From Catajapyx aquilonaris (lineage: Eukaryota), in the NCBI GenBank assembly GCA_000934665.2, contig JYFJ02004454.1:1-32035 (forward strand): a DNA stretch of 32,035 nucleotides, in the 5' to 3' direction. The notes below the pieces were generated by a model that saw only the letters and a list, made by a program, of their open reading frames with translations, searched no databases and was not told the origin of the DNA. Positions 9,758 to 22,000 of the stretch are shown here, one piece after another. Position 1 is the first letter of the stretch. Each line of letters opens with the position of its first letter. The translations under genes and the position numbers were made by a program.

Positions 9758-12700
9758 ATATTTGTGTGCTGCAACAACCCCATCAACAGTGGTGCAGTGC
9801 AGCTTACGCAGGACAATTTCGATACCATCCTAGCCACCAATGAGCTGGTCTTCATCAACTTTTATGCGGACTGGTGCCGCTTCAGCAATATGCTAGCACC
9901 CATTTTTGACGAGGGTGCAGACAAAATCAAGGCACACTTTCCTGATGAAGGGCAAGTTGTGCTGGGGAAAGTGGACTGCGATCGAGATAGTAAGTCAGAG
10001 AAAATGTTGGAAAAGAAGAATGTGAATGTTAAAAGAAGAATGTTATTAAATAGAATTGGTGGCTTAACATTGCTTGCTGTTTTGCAAAGATGTCATATGT
10101 AGGGCTTGCAGAATGGCTGCTGATTAAAAAAATACAAGGCACTAAAAAGGTTTGGGGCAGGCTGTTACTGCACTCAGAAGAGTAATTCATGAGAGTAAAA
10201 GTTTCAGTCATCCTAAAATTTGACCAGGTAACATTGCAAAAAATTATGTCAATGCATACACAGTTAGCTCTGACTCCTTCTCTCAACTCTTTTTCCTTTC
10301 TCTTCCTCCCCTTCCCAACTTAAAGACTGGACCTGTGAAATTTCAATTTGTTAAATTTCTTCGCTCACTGCCATCCTATTTCATTGACCCCTGTCCACCC
10401 AGTTCATTCATGGTGTAGGCCAACTGATGCAGACATTGTCATTACTTCGCAGTCTGGGACTGTGACCAGTAACTGGATTTTAAGTCTCCCTTCATAATGA
10501 TCATTCATTCATACAGATCAGTATTATACCAAGTAGTACTTAGACTGAACTATTTTTGTCTGAAGACATCTTGTCTGACAGTGATGTAGGCAGGGGGTGG
10601 TAGCCCCCCTACTCCCAAGCAATCTTCGAATACTTATGGCCCAGCTATATGTGAAATATTACTGGGGCATGTTCAGATTACTGTTTATGAAGTTTCCCCT
10701 CCTCTTTCCTCTTTCTCTCATTTCTCCTATCCCCCCCACCCCAAAAAATTCCCTGGCTATGTTACTATGCGCGATAAAATTTTTTGTATGGATAGGCACT
10801 GCATCATACAAGTATTTTCATCCACACACACATTCCTGATGATTTCATCTGATGATTCATTCATTCATTCATTTGGGGTAACCAGCGATGATGACTAGTG
10901 TACACGTACACCTAGCCAGTTAGCGCGCTTGCGTCTGGTCCCAAGGTTGTGGGTTCGAACCCGGCCAAGGTCGGTGACTTTTCTCCGGGTGGGGAAGTAA
11001 AGGAGGGGAAGTAAAGCCATCGGTCCTGTGTGCTTGTGACATTGCGCGAGTGCACGTTAAAGATCCCCAGAGTGGCAAAATTTCCGGGAGGAGGACCACC
11101 CCCTGGTGTCGGTGTTGAGCCTTAGAGGCAGAAGTAGGCCGACGTTAAGCCACACTGAACCCAGTACACCTAGCCATCCGATTATATCTCGATTGATGTG
11201 TACATTGTCCTTCAGAGAAAGTTTCGTGCCCAATGTACCCAGTAAAATTATGTTTTCAGATGAAAGGGTACATAGAATGAGAATTACACAAATTGGGCAA
11301 GATGTCTTCAGGTAAAATTTCATTGGACATGTCTTGGGGTGAAACTAGTTTATGCATATTGGCAGTGTTACGTAGTCGATTTTACGTTTGTTTATTGAGG
11401 ATCTTGAGGATGGTTATTTCTTTTATATTTGAGTTTTAGCACAACTGCAACATTGTAATGGCCTAAGCTCCACTGTAATTAGCAAATGTGACTAAGTCAT
11501 ATCAACTTTTTCCTTACCTTTAAGTTACAAATGTTATTATTTTGACAAAAAGAAGCGCCATAGCTAAAAACAGCCTTCAACTTTCAGCATCCATTGCAAC
11601 TCGCTTCCACATAACGAAGTACCCGACTTTGAAGCTGATCCAGAATGGTCAGGTGGCCAAGCGGGAATATAGAGGTCAGAGGTCATCTGAAGCCTTCCTT
11701 ACCTACATCAAGGAGCAGCTGGCAGACCCAGCGAAGGAGTATCAGTCTCTGGATGAATTAAATAATCTCGATGTGAGTTGGAGTTTTCACCTCTGAGCTG
11801 TACCTGTACCAAGCTAGGGTTAAATTGTGAACTAATTGGTGAGAGAATCCTTAATCAAAGTGTGATATCGGTAATGGAAAAGCATTAGTTGTTCGTCCCA
11901 TTTATAAAACATTTTGGATGGGAAAATTGTGGTTGAATCACACTTACCAGGGCAATTGGGAGGAGGTTCCAGCCCCCCTGGATAATAATTGTTCGAGAGG
12001 AAAGCAGGGCCTTGGAGGGAGGGAAAAGTAAGGGAGAGAGGTCCAGAGTTGTTTTCCTCTCAGGGGTTAATAATAGATGGGGTATGAATATTATCAGCTA
12101 GATAGCATTAATTACTTTGAACTCTGGAATTTCATTATGTATTCCAAGTCATTGTATTTGAAAGGTGGAGGCAGCTGCAAGGAACATTCTTTCAGTCTTT
12201 AATTTTTATTCAGCCCAATACAATGTATATGTATGCAACTAAGGCAGGTGCTTTTACTTGCCTTCATTGAACAGCTGAACATGTGTTGAGACAGTTCTAT
12301 TGTAATAGCATAATAGTGGTGGTCCATTCCATAATACACCACTAGCCTTTGTGAAAGGGTTATTGTGTGAGAATTCTCCCCAGCCAGGCAGAGCCTGAAA
12401 TATGTGTGCAGGCTGTGCACTTACAAAGCTGCATTAGTTGATGAGGTAGCATTTGAGGAAAGGTTAAGGAGGTTTCAAAACTTAATTATGCATATTCACC
12501 TTTTGGTTGACAGGCATGATTTTATATTCTCTATATTTGCAGTTTGTTAGTACAAAGAATACTATGTGAAGAGTCTGATACTCACAGAGGACACTTTAGA
12601 GTCAAGACTAAATGTTTAACCCTGCTCTTCTAGGATAAAAAGAGGACCATTGTGGGGCACTACAGGCAGCGAGATTCAGTTGCATACAGCACTTTTAGAC

Positions 12701-13726
12701 GGGTTGCCACCAACCTTAAGGATGACTGTGAATTTTATGTTGGATTTGGGTATGTAGATAATGTTCTCAAGTTCTGGCATTGTTTTCCATTTCATGTGCA
12801 TTGCATGCTTATATTTCTTCTTTCCACAGTGCTGCTAGCCAGCAGATGCACCCTCCTGACCAGGACATAATATCATTTCGATCAGCCAAGGCAAGGTCAA
12901 GTGAGTCAGATGACACCTTTGTAGGTAATTACGAGAACTTTGAGGAACTGCACACCTGGGCCTCATCAAAGTGTGTGCCTTTGGTGAGAGAGATCACATT
13001 TGAAAATGCAGAAGAACTGACTGAGGAGGGGTTGCCCTTCCTTATCCTGTTCCACGAGCCAGACGACAATAAAATCATCAAGACATTTACAGACCTTGTG
13101 CACAGGGAACTTCTCACAGAAAAACGTGAGTGTATTGTTCTGGTACCTGTAATACTGTTTATAATTATGTAAATCGTTGTACAGTTGTTCTCACCACCCT
13201 GCATGTGATGGAAGTAGCAAATAACTTGCGAGATATTCACTAGAGTATTGTTGACAGATCTGGCTACCCATGATGATTAGATCCTCAGTAGTTTGAATTA
13301 TGAAAATGGTTGAAATATGAAGGCTTCTCTCCCCATCCCACAGAAAGTGTCAACTTTTTGACTGCTGATGGTGTAAAATTTGCCCATCCACTTCACCACA
13401 TGGGCAAATCTCCAAAGGACCTGCCTTTGATTGCTATTGATAGCTTCCGGCACATGTACCTCTTTCCGGATGCCAATCGGATGGACGAACCCAACCTAGT
13501 GAAGCAGTTCCTGCAAGATCTTTATTCTGGGAAACTCCACCGGGAGTTTCATTACGGGCCAGATCCTGTAGCCTCATTGCCAGATTCACCCCAGTCCAAC
13601 GACATTGACCAGGGCAGTCCAGACCCCTCTGGCGGTGGACCAAAGATCACATCACCACCAGAAAGCACGTTCAAGAAACTGGGTCCATCTAGGAACAGAT
13701 ACACTTTGCTCAGGGATGAATTATGA
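9758..13726 (+). CDS. ERp44: Endoplasmic reticulum resident protein 44 (PDI family), 5'-partial; 403 aa visible
   Basis: Exons 9758-9989, 11588-11772, 12634-12749, 12830-13125, 13344-13726; GT-AG, in phase, 1212 nt. Thioredoxin-like domain FYADWCRFS (the ERp44-specific CRFS motif), KYPTLK, REYRGQRS, PLVREITFENAEELTEEGLPFLILF, AIDSFRHMY, KLHREFHYG and a C-terminal RDEL ER-retrieval signal. The exon with the start codon and most of the signal peptide lies upstream and was not identified. Confidence 0.95.
10579..10767. mobile_element. Degenerate non-autonomous DNA transposon in an ERp44 intron
   Basis: Decayed TIRs: CAGTGATGTAGGCAGGG versus the reverse complement TAGTAACATAGCCAGGG (12/17), with G/C runs inside each end. 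No clear TSD. Confidence 0.4.
10919..11163 (+). mobile_element. tRNA-derived SINE, 245 bp, with a 13-bp target-site duplication, in an ERp44 intron
   Basis: Pol III B-box GGTTCGAACCC (~10952-10962) in a tRNA-like head. The exact direct repeat GTACACCTAGCCA flanks it at 10906-10918 and 11164-11176. Body motifs: GGGGAAGTAAAGCCATCGGTCC, GCACGTTAAAGATCCCCAG and GTGGCAAAATTTCCGG. Confidence 0.85.
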
Positions 13727-15326
13727 TGTGTGTGCACAGAGTTTCATATTCTGTGGAAGTGGTGTGGGGAGGAGAGGTGGATGGTGAGGGATGAGGGAGG
13801 AATGAACCTGCAGGTAGGAAGCAGCTCTGGGATTAAAAGCCTTTTTGTATAAAATTGCACGTGGTGTAAAATTTTGTAAAGAAGTGCATTTGGGGCATTG
13901 TTGGGTATCCCTTTTCCCATTCAGCTCAAAAGTGGATGCTAGATTATGTACAAATGTTGGGAGAATTAAAATATTTCACTTGGCTGTTATCAAGTTGACA
14001 ATGAATATGTCAAGGGTACCAAAATATGTAGTATTTATAAAAATTATGATGCGTAAAATTTGAAATGAGGGTTGCAGTGACAAAGGTCAACAATAATGTG
14101 ATAATTTGTACTGTAGCACAATTTGTGAAAAATTTTATTGCCCTTACATCATGGGGTAACATCAGCAAATTTCATGGCTATTTAATGAACGATTTATTTG
14201 TACGGACATTCAATGCTCATGGAATCATCAGAAACATAACGGTAACATGGAATGAGTATTATTAATTCTAATATAATAGCATAAACCCTCTTGAGACATG
14301 ACAAATGTGACGGAAGTCCAGTTGGACTGCAATATTATCTGGCGACAAACTACTCTGTGACCATCATCATGTCAGTTTTTCAATGTTGGCTGTTGAAAAG
14401 CTTGCAATGCCCCCTGACTCCCACTCGTTCAAAGTAGGGTATTAACATCAGATTTGCTCCAGTCTAGAGTGTTAATCTGCCACTTGTACTTAGAGTTAGG
14501 GTGGAAACTTAAGTTGGTTTGAATCTCTAGGAATTCTATGCATCTACTTGGTGCATTAATTGTGGAGGCGAATAAATTGTGCAATTGTATTTTCTTCTCT
14601 CCAAGCTGCTTCCTACTACGTACTTGTGTCATTTATGATTTCAAAATGAGCTGCACAGTGATTTCAATCATTGCACATTAATTGGGACACATGCTGGTTT
14701 CTGTAATTGTTGTGTACATTTGGATCACGTTGTTTTATTTCTGCCAATGATTTTTTAGTGGGATTTCCAAAGTTTATGGCATTTTTGTGGTGTTCATTCC
14801 ATAACAACAGAAGCTTGGTGACTTGGATTCTTGTTAATTTTTTGGCAGTACTGTACAGAACTATCCAATCATTGGGTAAAGTGCACTTGTTGTCTCAGTT
14901 CTTCGTAAGAATTTGACACATGACATTATCTGTTTTGTTTGAAGCGCACATGCACATAAATGTGTGGAACTCGTTAGGTTCCACTTTTTTATGTTTCCAA
15001 CTCAGATGAAGGACTGAAGTAACAAACAGCCAAAGGACATAATATGCAAGCAGGTTCAGCAGCTGCCTTTCTCTCCCAACCAAACTGAAAGGAAAACAAA
15101 GCAAAGAAAGATGAACTGCTGTGTTCTCGAAGAGTGGTGGGTAGAACAGTGGAAGCTGGAGCAAGATCATTGCAGTGGGATCCAATCATCCCTGTAAAAC
15201 TTTGCAGAAGGGCAGAATACACTGTGATAACTTATTGAAAGTCATGATGTTACTGTGCCTCTATTTTCTCTCACATTACAGGTATGTTTATTTTCTGCCA
15301 CTCTTCATTCTATGGTAAGAGAATTA

Positions 15327-15528
15327 CAGTTGGCTTCAGATATAACACCCTTGGCTGTAACAGACTCTTGGTTATAGCACACTAGTAAGGCTGGTCCTGC
15401 CATACTCATTATGCATATGCTGGCCTATGCATTTGGCTATACAGTATACAGTATAACAGATCTCACTGTCAGTTATAGCTGACTGATATCTGCTGTAATT
15501 TGAAGTCTGTTATAGCTGGAGTCGACTG
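15327..15528. mobile_element. Tc1/mariner-pogo (Tigger-like) MITE, 202 bp, between the ERp44 and dynein 3' ends
   Basis: TIR CAGTTGGCTTCAGATATAACA versus the reverse complement CAGTCGACTCCAGCTATAACA (17/21). TA on both sides (15325-15326, 15529-15530). Internal sub-repeats related to GCTATAAC. Confidence 0.75.
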
Positions 15529-16040
15529 TATTTCCAAACATAGTGAAATAGGGATGGTACAGTACAATCAGTTGATGAAAATGAGGGCATACATGTTTTT
15601 AATGAGACTGAAACTTGTGTATTTAGCACAATGTAGCAAGGTTAATTGTACAGCACTACCATGCAACAACGCTAAGTACTGAAATGTTACAAGCATTGAC
15701 ACCTGCTTGGTTTCAAACCATTATAAACAAGACATGAAGGGCCCTAATTATGTGAAATACTCCACATAACTTACAGATTATACCGGATTATACAGTATAA
15801 CGCTTCTTGTGCCATTCAGCTCTAACATAATGCAAATAACAAATTTTGCTGCAGTGCAGGGTATCATACATATTTCCTCTGCCATTTGTTGGCAGTTGGA
15901 TGTTATGCTTCATTCTGATTAATCTAACAATGCAATAACAACATATGGTGTAAGGGAACAATACATGTTAAAATTATTCCTATAACAGATTAGGACCAAG
16001 GCCTAATGCAGCAGTGGTCTCTAATAACTGAACTACAAAA

Positions 16041-16046
16041 TTTATT
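16041..16046 (-). promoter_or_regulatory. Candidate polyadenylation signal overlapping the dynein stop codon
   Basis: The minus strand reads ATC AAA TAA A, so AATAAA spans the last Lys codon and the TAA stop. Confidence 0.45.
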
Positions 16047-19000
16047 TGATGTCGCAGAGGAGGGCAACCCCACGCATGGTCCAATGCCTTGGGTTGACAT
16101 CTGTATGAAAGTCAACTGAACCAATGTAGTTGCGATCTGTTCTCTGGGGCTTGCGATACATCGGGCACTCGTATAGACGAGGGTCTTTCCCTGAAGTGGA
16201 GTTGATGGCAAAGACGTGCAACACAGGCATCTGCTCATACAAGACCTTAGGCTTGCTCTCAACCAGCCTGGATGTGCGTCGATCCCAGCCGGCACCCTCC
16301 AGGAACAGCCCATGGACCAGCACCCCTTCTGCCGGAGGAGCCCTGACCTCTTCTGGTGACTGCCACCGCGTCACCTGGTTCTGAAGGACCACTGAATCCA
16401 GGGCCCATCCACGGTGGGCCCGGGTTACCTCCTGTCGCATTGCTGTCAGGAAACCTTGAGGGTTGAAGAAGCCTGTCATCCAGAAGACAGTTGGGCGGCC
16501 GTGAGCCAGCCATGCCTGGAACTGAACATTGCGCTCCAGAAGCTCAGTGAACCAGAAGCCCAGAGTGCCGGAGTCCCACGACAAACGCCTCCAGGATTCG
16601 GGAACCCGCGCATCGTACATGGCGTCCAATGCTTCTCGAAGACCGTCGCTCATGATGATAGTTCCCTCGATGGCCAGGCGGAGATCGACTAGGGTGCTGC
16701 GAACCACAACCAGAACACGTTGCATCCGATCCAGCTCCTGTCTCAAAAAGATGTTCATGGGCAGAAGGGCACCCATGCGAGACAATGCCTCCCGAACCTC
16801 AAAGGCGTTGTAATCAGGCGGCAACTTTGCCAGCATGTCATCTGCCAGTCGAGCCACGATCGCTTCTCTTGTCTCGCCTTGTCCTCCAGGCCCTCCACCT
16901 TCTTTGGGCTGCACGCTCATGATGGTGTCTAGGATGGTCTTGGCAGTGTTGATCTGATATGTTATGTCTGCATTTGGGTGCAGGCCAAATACCTGGAGAA
17001 GAATAACTTCGGTACACTCGAGACCACAAATATGATGACACTCTGGAACAAAGCTTTGGAAGTCAATATTCAAAATAGAACCTTTACCTGCGGATTGTCG
17101 GACGTCGGAAGTGAGTTGATGTAGTCCTGATGCAGCTGCAAAAGTCTCCCTGACGGAGCCTTGTACGCGCGGTAAAACTCAAACCCTTGGTGCAACAGTG
17201 CCTCGCAAAACCAAACCCCTGTGAATGTGGTTAGCAGCCTCTTGTCGAAATCATCCGTCACTCTTCCTCCGTACTGAACCTCGCCCAGCATGTAGCACAC
17301 TGTGGGCCATGACACCCCTTTCCTCGGCTCCATTTCATCCAGGTGAGACTGAATGAACTGGACTGAAGCCCAGAAGTCGGCCTGGTTGAACTCATACGCC
17401 ACGTTCCAACCCAGAGGACCGAACTTGCGTCTTTCTTGCAGGACCGTGTGAAGGAAGGCTACCGCGTACAGCAAAGTAGGCCAGTGTCTCTGGGCTGAAT
17501 ATTCCATCGTGTCTTGGGTGATGGCTTGATATGTTCGTCGAAGACTGGCACGTATGCCCTGGGGAGGTTCGTTGGTGAACTTGATGGCCATCTGAAGAAG
17601 TCCGATTGGGAACTGCTTGTGCATCTCTGTAGTCATCCACAAACGGAAGGTTGGATGGCAGGTTTCGGTCTCCAGTAGTGTGTCCATGGCCTCGGTGCAG
17701 AAAGGAAGGGACAAGTGACAGTTCTGCAGCAGCACCCATCCTCCGTCGGACATGCAGTTGGACATCATCTTGCGCGCGTGAAGTTCCTGTCCTTGGCCCA
17801 TTGACACCATGCGGATTGCTGCTCAAAGGAATGGCATCAGTTATTGCATTTTCTTTGGTTTACTTAGAAAACTCACGGATTTTTTTCTGTCGAGCCAAAC
17901 CCTCCACTTGGGCTGACGGATCTGAACCAATGGACAGTATGCAAATGACGGGAGTGAGAGTGTTCGATTCTGACCACGTCTTTTCCAAATCCAGTAGGAC
18001 CCCTTCAACGTATTCTGGACCTAGGGATGCTGCATGGCAGAAACAAAGGCGGTGAGTAGTGAATTTAGATCTGTCCAACCAGTGCAGTGCAACGAAAATA
18101 ATTGTTATCTCACCTGATATGTAATGACGAGCCTGTGATAATGTCCGATCGGGACACCAGGAACGGATGAGAAGCAGTTTATGGAAAACATCCAGGTTTT
18201 TTTCGTATCCACAAGGAAGGGTTTCTTCCTCTGGACGTTCTTTGTCGTACCATGCTTTCCAGTCGCGTTCATTACTCGCTATCTGTACCAAGATAATTAT
18301 TCTCATTTAGCTGCTAGATTATTATTAACGATATTTTTTTACCTGGCTTAAGACTTGTTTGAACTTGGACAACTTGCTGAGCTCCACAAGGTTGAGCCAG
18401 GTGATATCCAATATCCAACGAAATGGTTTTGAGGGAACGGCATTCAGATCAAGGGAAGCACCTCCTTTAATGAATATCATGAATTCCTCATGCGTAATTT
18501 TAATTGCTTGCATATCAATTTTTATGGCCATCATGAGTGTAAACAACACCTTGTGCTTCTCGTACAAACCGCGTAGGGTGAATCGCCACACTTCATACGT
18601 GAGATATCGAAGAATATTCTGTATCCTCTCGTGCACAGCTGGACTGGGACTGGATTTGTTTATTGAAGCGTCGAAGATAGTCAGAAACTGCTTTAACGAA
18701 GTCTGGTACATGAAGTTTACTTGACTCATTTCAACTATGAGGAAGTACAGGGTGCTCCCTCGCGTAGCAACTTCTCGAAACTCCTCTCTTGCTCGATTAA
18801 TCTTGGCTTCTGTTTCAGCCGCCCCTTCCAGTTTGAGACTCACTTCCTGAGCCGTGGCCTTGGTCACCTGCAACACCTCAATCAATTCCTCATCATCGAC
18901 CAAAGAGCCTTCTGTAGAGGTGAGACGAGCCAACAGATTGTCCTCCAACTTCTTCACACTTCGTTGGTTCTGCATGACAGCCTCAAACAATGCAACTCGT

Positions 19001-22000
19001 TCCGCCTCCAGATCAGCCTTTTCCATCAGAATAACCCGTCCTAAGAGTTGCTCTTCCAATCCCTGCATTGTTACCGTGAAGTCAATGATAGATGTCTTAG
19101 CGCTAATCTCCGGGGAGTACGCTGGATTTGGAAGCTTAGTGGTAATGTACAGCATAAATCCGGGCATCACGTCACACTCCTTGTCGCCTACCAAGACCTT
19201 CTCGATGGTTCCGGATTTGATAAAGTTCTTTTCAAGAACATTGTCAATTACTGGATCTAGTTCTTCACCCACGTCTTCTATCATTAGAGGACGGCCAAGA
19301 GAAAGACTGTCTTCCAAATGGGTACGGAAGTACTTGTGATTGAGGGAAGTGATTTGCAATTCATTTGCCACTTCTCTCGCTTTTACCCACATCTTTCCTT
19401 GACCCTGCGGATCCATCAGAAGTGGGTATGACCTCGATCTGGTAACGATGATAGCATTTTGAACAGAGAGTTCATCATTAGGAAGTCCCTGAAGTGTCCA
19501 CTCTGATATGGACGCGCTGTCCACCAGCATAGAAGTCAAGTTCAGCCCACCGGTTAACGGTATGCTACGAGAAGTGACAATATCTTTCCAGGATGTGATC
19601 ATACCAGTACGAAATTCCTGATTGAATGGTCCGCAGTAGGACAAAAATGCTGTGGCAAGTAGTACATCTCCAACAAGTCGTCCCATCTGTTCTTTCAACT
19701 CTCGACTTTGTCTGGTCCACCTGACCTTTTCACCTCCTAATCCACCAATCAGAGCTATGGCAGCAGACATCTTTTTGCGACATGCAGACGCTGCTTCTGT
19801 TAACCGCTGCTTTTCTTGCACCGCACTCTCATATTGTGATTTGGCCTGTTCCAAAGCATGTTCCCTTGACGCTAGTTCTGCTTCTGCCTCCTGCAAGTCG
19901 CCCATTGCATCCTTCAGCCGAGCTTCTTGGAGAGTCAAGTTTTCCTGAAATCAATCAATCAATCAATCAATTACTTTTCCTGAAATGAAGGACATAAATA
20001 TCTTCCATCCTAACTAGGCAGGGCTAACCTTTAGCCACATCAGTTCACCGGGAAGCCTATCTGTCAGGATAACATTGGGACACTCCTGATTACCTTTAGT
20101 GGAAGCACCTCCTTGTTGACACCGAAGAAGAAAGACATAGCCTTGGTCCATGACAACAACCCGGCTACGTCTCCACATACCCGCTTAGCAGTGTCCATGT
20201 CGTAATCATCCATTCTGAAATAAGGTTCCAATAACTCCACCATTTCATCGTTGATCAGGTCTTTCGGGTAGTTTTGAAGTTGTAAAAGGAACGTGGCGCT
20301 TGCCATCATCTGAAAATTCATGGCGTGTAAGTACTGGTCTTTATTGAATTATTTGCTTTCTCACGCACCTTTAAAGATTCTTGCCAAGATGGTTTGACAC
20401 TCGGTGTTGTGGGATCGGGAAAGGAAGGGTGTAGTTTTCTTTGGAACAAAATCATCACGCAGTCCATAATGCGCATGATCAGATGAGGCGGTCTTCCCAG
20501 TTTACGTACGGTGGCTGTAAAATATAAATATACGGTATTACTGTAATTAAAATTGTGGATGCAAAACATAAGAACGTATTCTATGGGGGCTCAAATTGTT
20601 TTGGCCACTTTATCCTGGTCTTGAAGCAACCCTTCACACACACCCACCCACACACACCCATGCTCAACGTGGGGCCTGTGCGAAGGGTTGCTTCAAGACC
20701 AGGATAAAGTGGCCAAAACAATTTGAGCCCCATAGTACCTATATGAGCTGGTTTGATAGTGTTTAGGGCTGCCTCAGCTTCCTCAAGAGCAGGCTTGGCT
20801 GCTTCTAACTTTTGCTCTGCAAGCTTCTTGTCAACAGCAATGTCACAAACAAGTGCTTGCGCTTTATCTTTCACTTTCTGGACTTGATCCTTGACTGCCT
20901 CAGCATCTTGCGCTTTTAGAGTGACTTCCACCAACACTTTCCCGGCCTTCTCTGATGCTTCTGCCAGCTCTCTTTCCATTTCATCTAGCTCAATTTTCAG
21001 AATCTCAACTGACTTGGACGCTTCAAACAATTTGTCCAGACCAGTTTCCATTCTAGTAGCCAAATCGCCAATCTCGGATAGCATTTGCGTGTACACAGCT
21101 TTGTAGCTGGCTATAAAATTCAAGTACGATTTAGGAGTCACATGTGTGGACCTCCGGAACCTCTGAAAGTATTCGGAACATATGGAAGCAACCACATCTT
21201 GAATAGATCCCATTGCCTGCACCAATTCCGTCTTAACTTCTCCAGTGCATTCTATTGAAAATTCGGCCAAAAAGTGCTCAGCTACTGATACAAGGGCGTC
21301 TTTCGGCCAGGGCTGGAACCAGTTGATGGTGCATCCCGATATAAGGCCAGGAAATTTAAGTGCCCTAGTTCGGAATTTTTCTCCGACCTATTCATGTAAA
21401 TATGTCAGTAAATATTAACAAGTACAGATTGGTGTGTGTGTGTGTGTGTGTCTGTGCTTTCTTACTTACAGGAGAAAAGCAGAGTACAACATGCAGATTT
21501 TGCTTGGTACGAGTCAGAAAAAAGTCCATGACATTTTCAGGCGTGGGTGGCTTTCGAGGAAGTTCTCTTTTCATGACTGGAGTCAGTTCAGACACAATCT
21601 CAGCTTGCTCGTCGCGATTAAACAGGTTTGATATCACACCTAAGAATATCAGCATTGTATTAGTACTCTATAAAAATGAGTTCGAATTAAATGTATTATG
21701 TACCTACCGGATGATAGCACATTGTTAAGGTACTCTAAAAAGCCTTCTTCTTTAATATCTTGATCAGTGAAAATAAAAGTAGTTCCTTTTCCTTGAATAC
21801 CGCAACTTCGATACAATGCTTTTAGATCTTCCAAAAAGTTTCCAACATTGTATGACCTGACAAAAATTCAGTTTGGAAATAGGCGGAAAGTACTTTAAAT
21901 ATTAGTATACTTACCTTGTGAGTGTAATTTGAAACGTTCTGTAACCTGGTATGAAGGAAGACAGCCTTGTGAGAGACTGCTTTCCAGATCCTCCCACTCC

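Noticed and set aside
10919..10975. tRNA-like sequence as a real tRNA gene
   Set aside because: No complete cloverleaf or acceptor stem; it is the head of a TSD-flanked SINE.
17819..17824. GAGCAG tandem (NAGNAG) acceptor in dynein
   Set aside because: GAG is a poor acceptor, and using it would add only one residue.
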